Below, in pieces: positions 44,653 to 52,434 of a stretch of 55,898 bases of DNA (positions are counted from its first letter, which is position 1; every line of letters begins with the position of its first letter). A program made the position numbers and the translations under genes. The stretch is from Candidatus Parcubacteria bacterium (GTDB lineage Bacteria > Patescibacteriota > Minisyncoccia > Phycocordibacterales > UBA2100). The DNA is taken from assembly GCA_003599295.1 (NCBI GenBank), contig QZJK01000009.1, forward strand, positions 1 to 55,898, in the 5' to 3' direction. The notes below the pieces were generated by a model. It was given only the letters and a program-made list of their open reading frames with translations, did no database searches and was not told the DNA's origin.

Positions 44653-46872
44653 ATGACACTTGAGAAGGCTTTGCGGTGGGTAGCGCTCGGGGGCGTATTT
44701 GCTCTTCCGTTCGTAGTATTCATCGTCGCGGAGTCGCTCTATTTTCCCTTTATCACTGGGAAGAACTTCGCATTCCGCATCATCGTCGAGGTGATGACGG
44801 GTGCGTGGCTCGCACTTGCGGTCATGAACCCGGCATACCGCCCGCGTCGCTCGTGGCTCTTGGCGGCGTTCGCGCTCTTTCTTGTCATCATTGCCGCCGC
44901 GGACCTATTCGGGGTTAATCCCTTCAAAAGTTTCTGGAGCAACTATGAGCGCATGGACGGGTGGGTGACCTTAGCGCACCTCTTTGCATATTTCGTCGTC
45001 GCTTCGACAATGCTTTCGGAGAAACTCTGGCGCGCGCTCCTTCAAACATCACTCGCCGTTTCTGCAGTGGTCGGTCTCTATGCACTACTTCAACTCTTCG
45101 GCATTGCGAGCTTGAATCCGGGATTTTCCTCCACCGCGCGTCTCGACGCAACATTCGGGAACCCCATCTACTTGGCGGCCTACATGCTCTTCCACGTCTT
45201 TTTTGCGGCGTTCCTTCTTGCGGGTGTATGGCGGCGGGAGAGGTCTCGGTCACTTTCGCCGCTCGTCTATTTTTACATAGGGGTGCTCATTCTGGATACT
45301 CTCATACTTTTCTTAACAAGTACCCGCGGCGCGATACTAGGCCTTCTCGGCGGCGCGATACTAGCGGCGTTGCTTTACGTCTTTTCGTTCGATGCGTCTC
45401 TAAAGACACGTCGGATCGTCGTGGGCGCAGTCATTCTTGTGATGCTTTTTGGGGTCATCGTACGATTCTCGCGCGAGACGACGTGGGTGGAGAGCATATC
45501 GTTCCTTCAGCGTCTTGCCAGTATTTCCCTTGAAGACTCAACTACCAAGGCGCGCATTATGAACTGGGGCATGGCTTGGGAGGGTGTCAAAGAACGGCCG
45601 ATTTTGGGATGGGGGCAGGAGAACTACGCCATAGTGTTCAGTAAATACTACAACCCGAATATGTACGGTCAGGAGCAGTGGTTCGACCGCGTGCACAACG
45701 TCATATTCGACTGGCTCGTAGCGGGAGGCTTGCTTGGACTTGCGGCATACCTTTCCATCTTCGCCATTGCGCTGCGATACCTCTGGAGAAAGGGAGAAGA
45801 AACAGCGGCCGCGTTCACGCCCGCCGAGAAGTGCCTGTTAACGGGTCTTCTTGTCGCGTATTTCTTTCATAATCTCTTCGTGTTCGATAACGTCATGAGT
45901 TATATAACGTTTACTACCGTATTAGCACTTATTGCTTCCCGCTTCGGCACAGCGACGAATGCGAAGAGGCTCTTCGCCAACGTGGTGGTACCCGCTCGAA
46001 CCTTTCCAGGCGTTGCATTTGCCGCTGTAGTTCTTGTCTGGGGAGTAGCCTGGTTCGTGAACGCGAACGCACTTTCGGCAAACCGCGCGCTTCTCCAGAG
46101 CCTCGCCCCGCATCCGGAAGGTATCTTGAAGAACCTCGAATCTTTCGAGAAAGCGATTCTCTATAACTCGTACGGCACACAAGAAGCACGGGAGCAGCTT
46201 CTTCAGGCGGCGGTCCAGGTCTCTCAGATAGAACAAGTAGACATCGAAACAAAGCGGAAGTTCCTTGAGACCGCGGCACAGCAAATGACGTTGCAAAGCA
46301 AAGTTTCGCCGCTTGACCCGCGTTTTCCTTTTTTCTTGAGTTTTCTCCTCAACTCATACGGCGTGTATGACGCAGCCGCTACTGTTCTTGAACAAGCGCA
46401 CGCTCTCTCTCCGGCCAAACAAACCATTCTTTTCGAAATGGCGGCAAATGCCTTCGCGCGAGGCGACAACGACCGAGGCCTCGAGTTATACAAGCAGGCA
46501 TTCGAACTTGCTCCAGCATATGTGGAAGCACGCATCCTCTATGCATCCGCCGCGATACAAATGGGGCGGGACGCTCTCGCCGATGAACTCATCCTCCCGA
46601 TTATCGCTACCGATCGTATATTGGATGCCCGCATCACCTCTTCCTATATTTCCCGCAATCGCTACGACAAACTAATCTCGATACTCGAAGCCCATATCGA
46701 AGCTCGTCCGGAACACACGCAGGCGCGCTTCACGCTTGCAGCCGCATATCATGCGGCGGGTAACTCTGCAAAAGCGATAGCAGTGCTCCAGGAAGCAATC
46801 CGGGTGGACCCCTCGATAGAGGTGGAAGCGAACGCACTTATTCAGGACATCAGGAACGGAACTTCGCAGTAG
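44653..46872 (+). CDS. O-antigen ligase/Wzy-like polytopic membrane protein with C-terminal TPR repeats
   Basis: Multiple TM helices, the Wzy_C-like loop LTSTRGAILGLLGG, and about 250 C-terminal residues with TPR-like A/L/Y periodicity (..AFELAPAYVEARILYASAA..). Confidence 0.75.
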   Translation: MTLEKALRWVALGGVFALPFVVFIVAESLYFPFITGKNFAFRIIVEVMTGAWLALAVMNPAYRPRRSWLLAAFALFLVIIAAADLFGVNPFKSFWSNYERMDGWVTLAHLFAYFVVASTMLSEKLWRALLQTSLAVSAVVGLYALLQLFGIASLNPGFSSTARLDATFGNPIYLAAYMLFHVFFAAFLLAGVWRRERSRSLSPLVYFYIGVLILDTLILFLTSTRGAILGLLGGAILAALLYVFSFDASLKTRRIVVGAVILVMLFGVIVRFSRETTWVESISFLQRLASISLEDSTTKARIMNWGMAWEGVKERPILGWGQENYAIVFSKYYNPNMYGQEQWFDRVHNVIFDWLVAGGLLGLAAYLSIFAIALRYLWRKGEETAAAFTPAEKCLLTGLLVAYFFHNLFVFDNVMSYITFTTVLALIASRFGTATNAKRLFANVVVPARTFPGVAFAAVVLVWGVAWFVNANALSANRALLQSLAPHPEGILKNLESFEKAILYNSYGTQEAREQLLQAAVQVSQIEQVDIETKRKFLETAAQQMTLQSKVSPLDPRFPFFLSFLLNSYGVYDAAATVLEQAHALSPAKQTILFEMAANAFARGDNDRGLELYKQAFELAPAYVEARILYASAAIQMGRDALADELILPIIATDRILDARITSSYISRNRYDKLISILEAHIEARPEHTQARFTLAAAYHAAGNSAKAIAVLQEAIRVDPSIEVEANALIQDIRNGTSQ

Positions 46873-47091
46873 GTTTCTTGCCCGGTTAGCATAATTTGGC
46901 ATAGGTTCTGCCGCCTTATCTTGAGAGTGCTCATGAATAACCAGGAGTGTGACATTTTTTGAGCTGGCGCTCGTTGAATCATCGCCAAGGCAATGCCAAA
47001 TTTTTCTACCGGGCTTGCCCGTTTTCCGGTGGGTGATAGAATTGTGTTGTGAGTGCCACTAATGTGTGGCTCTCCAGAGAAAGTCGCGTAG

Positions 47092-47120
47092 ATCCCGCCC
47101 ACGGCGGGGTTTACGTTTTG
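47092..47120 (+). terminator. possible intrinsic terminator
   Basis: GC stem ATCCCGCC/GGCGGGGT with a 3-nt loop, followed by TTTACGTTTTG. It lies 220 nt downstream of the ligase-like gene. Confidence 0.35.
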
Positions 47121-47200
47121 TAGAGGGGTGCTATCGTTTGTTAAGAGGCGCATAAAGCGGAGGGCGGCGGCACTCACATAGACTTTCTACTTTGGAGCTC

Positions 47201-47445
47201 GCACCCGTCCTCCGCTTTCTGCGTCTTTTCGTTTACGAAAAAGGACGGGTGCACAAGCACAAACCCCCACGGCGGAAGGCAGTGAGTGAGCATAGCGAGC
47301 GAACGTTGGAAACCGAGGGGTTTCCAAGATGGGGTGTGGGGGTTTGTGCCCGTGGTGGAAAGATGGAAAACCGAGAGGTTTTCCAGACGGGGGTCGGGGG
47401 CTTGTGGAAACACCTGCTCCTCCGCTTTGTGCATCTTTTTGGTTT
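47201..47445. repeat. composite non-coding repeat/hairpin array
   Basis: - 10-bp stem at 47201-47210/47243-47252.
- 13-bp stem CACAAACCCCCAC/GTGGGGGTTTGTG at 47258-47270/47336-47348.
- Tandem hairpin units at 47308-47348 and 47365-47406, with a 57-nt period.
- Direct repeats TCCTCCGCTTT(C/G)TGC.TCTTTT at 47208-47234 and 47418-47445. Confidence 0.75.
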
Positions 47446-47635
47446 TGATAATTCCGAAAAGGTTATTTTGAAAATTGAAAATTGTAAGATTCGAAAATTA
47501 AAAAAGTTATCCACACATGCAAAGTGAAAATGTATTATTCACACGCATCAATGCAATAATGAAATAGAAAACGCATCTTCGCGAACTAAACGCAAGTGCG
47601 GGTCGAAGTTAACACTCTCAATACACAACAAACGT

Positions 47636-47680
47636 ATGGCAAAGAAAAAGAAGAAGGGTGGCAAGAAGAAGCGCCGCTAA
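47636..47680 (+). CDS. candidate 14-codon poly-basic mini-ORF (MAKKKKKGGKKKRR)
   Basis: ATG..TAA downstream of a strongly AT-rich tract and immediately followed by two hairpins. There is no clear Shine-Dalgarno sequence. Coding status is unproven. Confidence 0.3.
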   Translation: MAKKKKKGGKKKRR

Positions 47681-47707
47681 GGTAAGTCTCTCGAGTACTC
47701 GAGACAC

Positions 47708-47740
47708 AGAACGCCGCACATCGTGCGGCGTTCTCTTCGT
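47708..47740 (+). terminator. 12-bp hairpin (AGAACGCCGCAC/GTGCGGCGTTCT) with weak U-tract; terminator or attenuator
   Basis: Perfect 12-bp stem with a 3-nt loop, followed by CTTCGT. It is preceded by a palindrome TCTCGAGTACTCGAGA at 47689-47704. Confidence 0.5.
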
Positions 47741-47748
47741 GGAATGAA

Positions 47749-47894
47749 GCCGTGTTTGCCCCCACACCTTTCCTCCCCTTGTTTTGCGAGGAGATACTCA
47801 ATTAAGCGGTTAAATATCGAGTTCACATTCCATATTGGAAAACGTACGGCCGATGAACGGCAAAACAGGAGCGAGAGGAGGAAAGGTGTGGGGG
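47749..47894 (+). promoter_or_regulatory. 18-bp long-range stem in secA leader pairing CCCCCACACCTTTCCTCC with GGAGGAAAGGTGTGGGGG
   Basis: 47749-47766 is the perfect reverse complement of 47877-47894. The 3-prime arm contains the only GGAGGA motif upstream of the secA start at 47916. Confidence 0.55.
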
Positions 47895-47915
47895 TTTGTG
47901 ATAGGATGCGCCACG

Positions 47916-50402
47916 ATGGCATTTTGGAAGCGATTGCTGGGGGACGAGAATACAGCGGCACTTCGAGCGGCGGAGCCTATCGTCGCGCAGGTAAATGCGT
48001 TCGAGCTCGGCATGCAAGCGTTGTCCGATGCCGACCTCAAGGCAAAAACTGGAGAATTCCGCTCGCGGCTCCGGGCCGGAGAATCCCTGGAGGATCTTGC
48101 TCCGGAAGCATTCGCGGCGGTGCGCGAGGCGTCGCGCCGAACCCTCGGCCAGCGGCATTTTGACGTCCAGCTTATCGGAGGAAAGATACTCCACAACGGG
48201 GACATCGCTGAAATGAGGACGGGCGAAGGCAAGACGCTTGTCGCGACGCTTCCCGCATATCTGAACGCGCTCGAAGGAAAAGGTGTGCATGTTGTCACGG
48301 TGAACGACTACCTTTCACGGCGCGACGCTGTCTGGATGGGACAAGTCTATTATGCGCTCGGCATGTCAGTCGGCGTGTTGAATCATGAGGCCTCGTATAT
48401 ATATGATCCGACCGCGGCAACGGACGATAAAGAACGGGACGAAATGGGGGCGTTCAAAGTCATGCATGATTTTCTTCGTCCCTCGACGCGGCGCGAAAGC
48501 TACGCTGCCGACATCACGTACGGCACGAATAACGAATTCGGATTTGACTACCTCCGCGACAATCTCGAGTACGAACCGCAAGATTTGCGCCAGCGCGGGT
48601 ATCAATACGCGATAGTGGACGAGATCGACTCTATATTAATAGACGAGGCGCGCACACCGCTCATCATCTCTGCCCCCGTTTCAGACGCCGAGAATCTCTA
48701 TGAACGGTTTACCTCGATCGCGCGCGGTTTGGAAAAGGAGGAAGATTACACCGTCGACGAAAAACATAAACAGCTCCAGTTAACCGATAGCGGCATCGAG
48801 AAAGCCGAGAAAGCCTTGGGCATTGAGAACATATACACCGATGCCGGCATCAAGTATGTGCACCATCTGGAGACGGCCGTTCGCGCAAAAGCCCTTTTTC
48901 ACAAAGATAAAGAGTATGTAGTGCGGGATGGAAAGGTCGTTATCGTCGACGAATTCACAGGGCGCCTTCAGCCCGGGAGACGCTGGAGCGACGGACTTCA
49001 CCAGGCCATTGAGGCGAAAGAAGGGGTTTCCGTCCAGCAAGAATCGAGAACGTTCGCTTCCATTACCTTCCAGAACTACTTCAGGCTCTATAAGAAGCTC
49101 TCCGGCATGACGGGTACCGCGCTCACGAGTTCGGAGGAGTTTTTCAAGGTCTACGGGCTCAATACTGTAGCAGTGCCCACCAACAAGCCCTCGCATCGAG
49201 CAGACCTCAACGATCTTATCTTCCAGACGGAAGAAGGGAAGTTGCGCGCAATGGCGCGCACCGTGAAGCAGCTCAACGAGAAGGGTCAGCCGGTCCTCGT
49301 CGGTACGGTATCGGTCGAGAAGAACGAGATACTCTCGGCGCACTTCAAGCAAGAGGGCATTCCTCATGAAATACTGAATGCGAAAAATCACGAGCGGGAG
49401 GGGGAAATAATCGCGCAAGCAGGGCGGAAAGGCGCGGTCACTATTGCGACAAACATGGCCGGCCGCGGTGTCGACATCAAGCTTGGCGGGAATCCGGGGA
49501 GCGATGCGGCATACGAAGAAGTGAAAGAGCTGGGAGGTCTCTTTGTACTCGGCACCGAGCGCCATGAGGCGCGACGAATCGATAATCAGCTGCGCGGACG
49601 CGCTGGTCGCCAAGGGGATCCGGGAGAGACTCAATTTTTCGTTTCTCTGGAAGATTCGCTGATGCGAATATTCGCCTCCGATACCATCAAGCGGGTCATG
49701 GGAACGTTCAAGATCCCGGAGGATGAACCCATCTACAACTCGATGATAACGCGCTCACTTGAGAAGGCGCAGACGCGGATAGAGGAGTTGAACTTTGATG
49801 CCCGGAAACACGTGCTCTCCTACGACGACGTCCTTAATGTGCAGCGCCAAAGCATCTATGGCCGCCGACATGCACTATTGACCGGGGGGTCCGAAGCCGT
49901 CGATGCAGAACTCGCTCAAATAGTAGAGCAGGATCCGTCGCTTGCCAGTGCCGTCTCAGCAAAGAAAGAAGAGCTTGGGGAAGCTTTCTATCCGGCCCTT
50001 CGCCGCTTTTTGCTTCGCAGCATCGACTTCCTCTGGGTGGAGCACCTTGAACAGATGGAGTATCTCCGCTCTTCAGTGAGCCTTCGTGCGTACGGGCAGC
50101 GCGACCCTTTGGTTGAATACAAGAAAGAAGGACTACGACTCTTCAAGGATATGGAAACATCATATGTTGTGCGTATTTCACAAGCGCTTCCGAGCCTGGC
50201 GTCGGCGAAAGAAGCTCCCGCGGGAGAAACCCGCACCATACAACGGGCCGTGCACTCTATTACGGGGGCGACGAAAGCCCCCATCCGGAAAGCATATGAG
50301 CGCAACGAGCGCGTCACCATCACGAACGGAAAGGAGCAAAAAGAAATGAAATATAAGAAAGCGGAGCCGCTTCTCGCGGCAGGGTGGAGGATAGTCGGAT
50401 AG
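47916..50402 (+). CDS. secA: preprotein translocase ATPase SecA
   Basis: MAFWKRLLGD..., FDVQLIGG, MRTGEGKTLVATLPAYLNAL, VTVNDYLSRRD, DEIDSILIDEARTPLIIS and TNMAGRGVDIKLGG motifs. The ORF opens at 47835, but alignment logic favours 47916. Confidence 0.95.
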   Translation: MAFWKRLLGDENTAALRAAEPIVAQVNAFELGMQALSDADLKAKTGEFRSRLRAGESLEDLAPEAFAAVREASRRTLGQRHFDVQLIGGKILHNGDIAEMRTGEGKTLVATLPAYLNALEGKGVHVVTVNDYLSRRDAVWMGQVYYALGMSVGVLNHEASYIYDPTAATDDKERDEMGAFKVMHDFLRPSTRRESYAADITYGTNNEFGFDYLRDNLEYEPQDLRQRGYQYAIVDEIDSILIDEARTPLIISAPVSDAENLYERFTSIARGLEKEEDYTVDEKHKQLQLTDSGIEKAEKALGIENIYTDAGIKYVHHLETAVRAKALFHKDKEYVVRDGKVVIVDEFTGRLQPGRRWSDGLHQAIEAKEGVSVQQESRTFASITFQNYFRLYKKLSGMTGTALTSSEEFFKVYGLNTVAVPTNKPSHRADLNDLIFQTEEGKLRAMARTVKQLNEKGQPVLVGTVSVEKNEILSAHFKQEGIPHEILNAKNHEREGEIIAQAGRKGAVTIATNMAGRGVDIKLGGNPGSDAAYEEVKELGGLFVLGTERHEARRIDNQLRGRAGRQGDPGETQFFVSLEDSLMRIFASDTIKRVMGTFKIPEDEPIYNSMITRSLEKAQTRIEELNFDARKHVLSYDDVLNVQRQSIYGRRHALLTGGSEAVDAELAQIVEQDPSLASAVSAKKEELGEAFYPALRRFLLRSIDFLWVEHLEQMEYLRSSVSLRAYGQRDPLVEYKKEGLRLFKDMETSYVVRISQALPSLASAKEAPAGETRTIQRAVHSITGATKAPIRKAYERNERVTITNGKEQKEMKYKKAEPLLAAGWRIVG

Positions 50403-50426
50403 AATAAATTCGAAACACTAAACCCT

Positions 50427-50850
50427 AAATTCTAAACAAATCCCAATGAATCAAAACCCAAATAACAAAACATACAACCTAGAGGAGCGGGCTTTACAAT
50501 TCGCGCAGAGAGTCAACAATTATGTGAGGGATCTGCCAAAGGACCTACCAAATATTGAGAATGGCAAACAGCTTGTGCGTTCTGCCGGTTCAGTAGGCGC
50601 GAACTATATAGAGGCTAATGAATCGTTAAGTAAAAAGGATTTTGTGATGCGCACGAAGATTTCCAAGAAAGAGGCGAAGGAGAGTCGATACTGGTTAATT
50701 TTGACCCAGCCTAGGGCAGCAAGCCAAAGAGAGAAAGAAATTTTAGTGCAGGAAGCGACCGAGCTGATGAAGATACTCGGTTCAATACTAGAGAAGTCGA
50801 AGTAGTGTTTGTTAATCTGGAGTTTAGAATTTGTCGTTTGTTTAGAATTT
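50427..50850. repeat. imperfect inverted repeats bracketing the four-helix-bundle gene
   Basis: AAATTCTAAACAAA (50427-50440) pairs with TTTGTTTAGAATTT (50837-50850). There is an extra GTTTAGAATTT copy at 50822-50832, and TAGGGTTTAG/TAGGATTTAG-type matches lie further out. Confidence 0.65.
50446..50805 (+). CDS. four-helix-bundle protein (TIGR02436 / 23S rRNA intervening-sequence protein family)
   Basis: 119 aa. LEERALQFAQRV...LP....E...GKQLVRSAGSVGANYIEANES.SKKDF..K..I..KEAKESRYWL is the family signature. AT-rich. Confidence 0.85.
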   Translation: MNQNPNNKTYNLEERALQFAQRVNNYVRDLPKDLPNIENGKQLVRSAGSVGANYIEANESLSKKDFVMRTKISKKEAKESRYWLILTQPRAASQREKEILVQEATELMKILGSILEKSK

Positions 50851-50924
50851 CGATATTAGGATTTAGTATTTTTAGCAGTATCTGTGCTTTGGGCTTTTGA
50901 TGAGTTAGTGATATCTTATCATTG

Positions 50925-52376
50925 ATGTCGTACGTACCGACCATCGGCCTGGAGATACATGCCGAGCTGAAGACCAGAACGAAGATGTTCTGCAACTCCA
51001 AGAATGACGCTAATGAAGAGCGCCCGAATGTGAACGTATGCCCCGTATGCCTCGCGCACCCGGGGACGCTCCCTGTTATCAATAGGGAAGCGGTGCGGCA
51101 TGTCCTTCGGGTCGGCGTTGCGCTCGGCGGAACGTTGGCCGATTACACCGAATTTGATAGGAAGAATTATTTCTATCCCGATCTCCCTAAGGGGTACCAG
51201 ATAAGCCAATACGAGCACCCGCTTGTAGCTGGCGGGTCATTGGCCGGAGTCGCAATCACGCGCGTACATCTTGAAGAAGATACGGCGAGCTCGATGCATG
51301 AAGAGGGGAGCGGGACGACCATCGACTATAACCGCGCAGGCGTTCCTTTGATGGAGCTTGTAAGCGAGCCCGTCATTGAAAGCGCAGAAGAGGCAGGACG
51401 TTTTGCGCGAGAACTTCAATTACTACTCCGTTACCTTGATGTGAGCGAGGCGAACATGGAAAAAGGAGAGATGCGCGTTGAAGCGAATATCAGCGTATCA
51501 AGATTGGACGAAGGAAAGAAAATCCTCGGAACGAAAGTCGAAGTAAAAAATCTTAACTCTTTCAGAACAATGGAGCGCGCGATCGCGCATGAAATACAAC
51601 GCCAAACAAAGTTGCTGGAGAAAGGCGAGACGGTAGTGCAGGAGACGCGCGGCTGGGATGAATCCAAACAGGCAACATTCTCGCAACGCATAAAAGAGGG
51701 TTCGGCAGACTACCGTTACTTTCCCGATCCTGACCTTCCGTCTTTGCGATTGTCCGAGATCGAAGATTTTCATGGAGACGCGTTTCGAATGTCTATTCCG
51801 GAATTGCCTTCCGAGCGTCGGGAACGGTATTTGAAACTCGGACTCCAAGCCGAGGATGCCGACCTCTTTGTGAAGATCCCGGAGGTGGGTGAGTACTTCG
51901 AATCGGCCATTGCCGCCTATCCGGAGGGTTCATCCGCCATCAAGCTGGTATCAAACTATGTCGCGAATGACCTGATGAAGTTACTCCGAGATACCGGTGA
52001 GCAAGATTCATTCATGAGACCCGAGAGAGTAATCTCGGCACGTAATTTAAGCAAAATCGTTGACTTGCAGGCGGCCGGCAAAATATCTTCTCGGACGGGG
52101 AAAGATCTCCTTGTTGCCTCGATTGCATCTCCAGAAAAGGACCCGGAGGACATTGCTCGCGAGAAAGGTCTATTTCAAGTTACGGATACTGCAAGCATCT
52201 CTGTCGTAGTAGATGACGTAATAGCTGCCAACGGAGGCGTAGTCTCTGACTTTAAAGCCGGAAAAGGCCCGGCTCTGGAGTTTCTTGTCGGTCAGGGCAT
52301 GAAAGCTCTGAAGGGCGCGGCCGACCCAAAAACACTTCGGGAACTCTTCCGCACAAAGATAGACAAGACATTCTAA
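50925..52376 (+). CDS. gatB: Asp-tRNA(Asn)/Glu-tRNA(Gln) amidotransferase subunit B
   Basis: YVPTIGLEIHAELKTRTKMFC, CPVCLAHPGTLPV, NYFYPDLPKGYQISQ and HLEEDTA motifs. Confidence 0.95.
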   Translation: MSYVPTIGLEIHAELKTRTKMFCNSKNDANEERPNVNVCPVCLAHPGTLPVINREAVRHVLRVGVALGGTLADYTEFDRKNYFYPDLPKGYQISQYEHPLVAGGSLAGVAITRVHLEEDTASSMHEEGSGTTIDYNRAGVPLMELVSEPVIESAEEAGRFARELQLLLRYLDVSEANMEKGEMRVEANISVSRLDEGKKILGTKVEVKNLNSFRTMERAIAHEIQRQTKLLEKGETVVQETRGWDESKQATFSQRIKEGSADYRYFPDPDLPSLRLSEIEDFHGDAFRMSIPELPSERRERYLKLGLQAEDADLFVKIPEVGEYFESAIAAYPEGSSAIKLVSNYVANDLMKLLRDTGEQDSFMRPERVISARNLSKIVDLQAAGKISSRTGKDLLVASIASPEKDPEDIAREKGLFQVTDTASISVVVDDVIAANGGVVSDFKAGKGPALEFLVGQGMKALKGAADPKTLRELFRTKIDKTF

Positions 52377-52391
52377 TCCACATCATTCTCG

Positions 52392-52422
52392 GCCGAGATG
52401 CCCTTTATTTACGCATCTCGGC
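52392..52422 (+). promoter_or_regulatory. 10-bp perfect hairpin between gatB and the HTH gene, abutting a TATACT -10-like hexamer
   Basis: GCCGAGATGC (52392-52401) pairs with GCATCTCGGC (52413-52422), with an 11-nt loop. TATACT at 52423-52428 ends 7 nt before the ATG at 52435. It could be a terminator without a U-tract or an operator. Confidence 0.4.
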
Positions 52423-52434
52423 TATACTAGGATT

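Noticed and set aside
47308-47406. Tandem hairpin repeats as a mini CRISPR array.
   Set aside because: There are only two units. The repeats are imperfect (about 85 percent), no cas genes are in the window, and the sequence between the units is G-rich and partly repeated, unlike a unique spacer.
47440-47545. Possible chromosomal replication origin: an AT-rich tract with three GAAAATT repeats, one perfect DnaA box and one near-perfect one.
   Set aside because: There are only two boxes, no dnaA or dnaN nearby, and genes on both sides run in the same direction with no strand switch. GC skew cannot be computed reliably here. It is more likely a promoter region. It would need cumulative GC-skew on the full contig to revisit.
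46873-47600. A known housekeeping RNA (SRP RNA, RNase P RNA, tmRNA, tRNA) in the large gap.
   Set aside because: Only partial look-alikes were seen: GGCGGAAGGCAG against the SRP GGAAGG loop, and GAGAAAGTCGC against RNase P GAGGAAAGTCC. The remaining universally conserved elements, such as a T-arm GGTTCGAATCC or ACAGAACCCGGCTTA, are absent. It cannot be excluded without a covariance-model scan.
50446-50805. The four-helix-bundle protein as the Avd component of a diversity-generating retroelement.
   Set aside because: No reverse transcriptase ORF and no template/variable repeat pair is detectable anywhere in the window.
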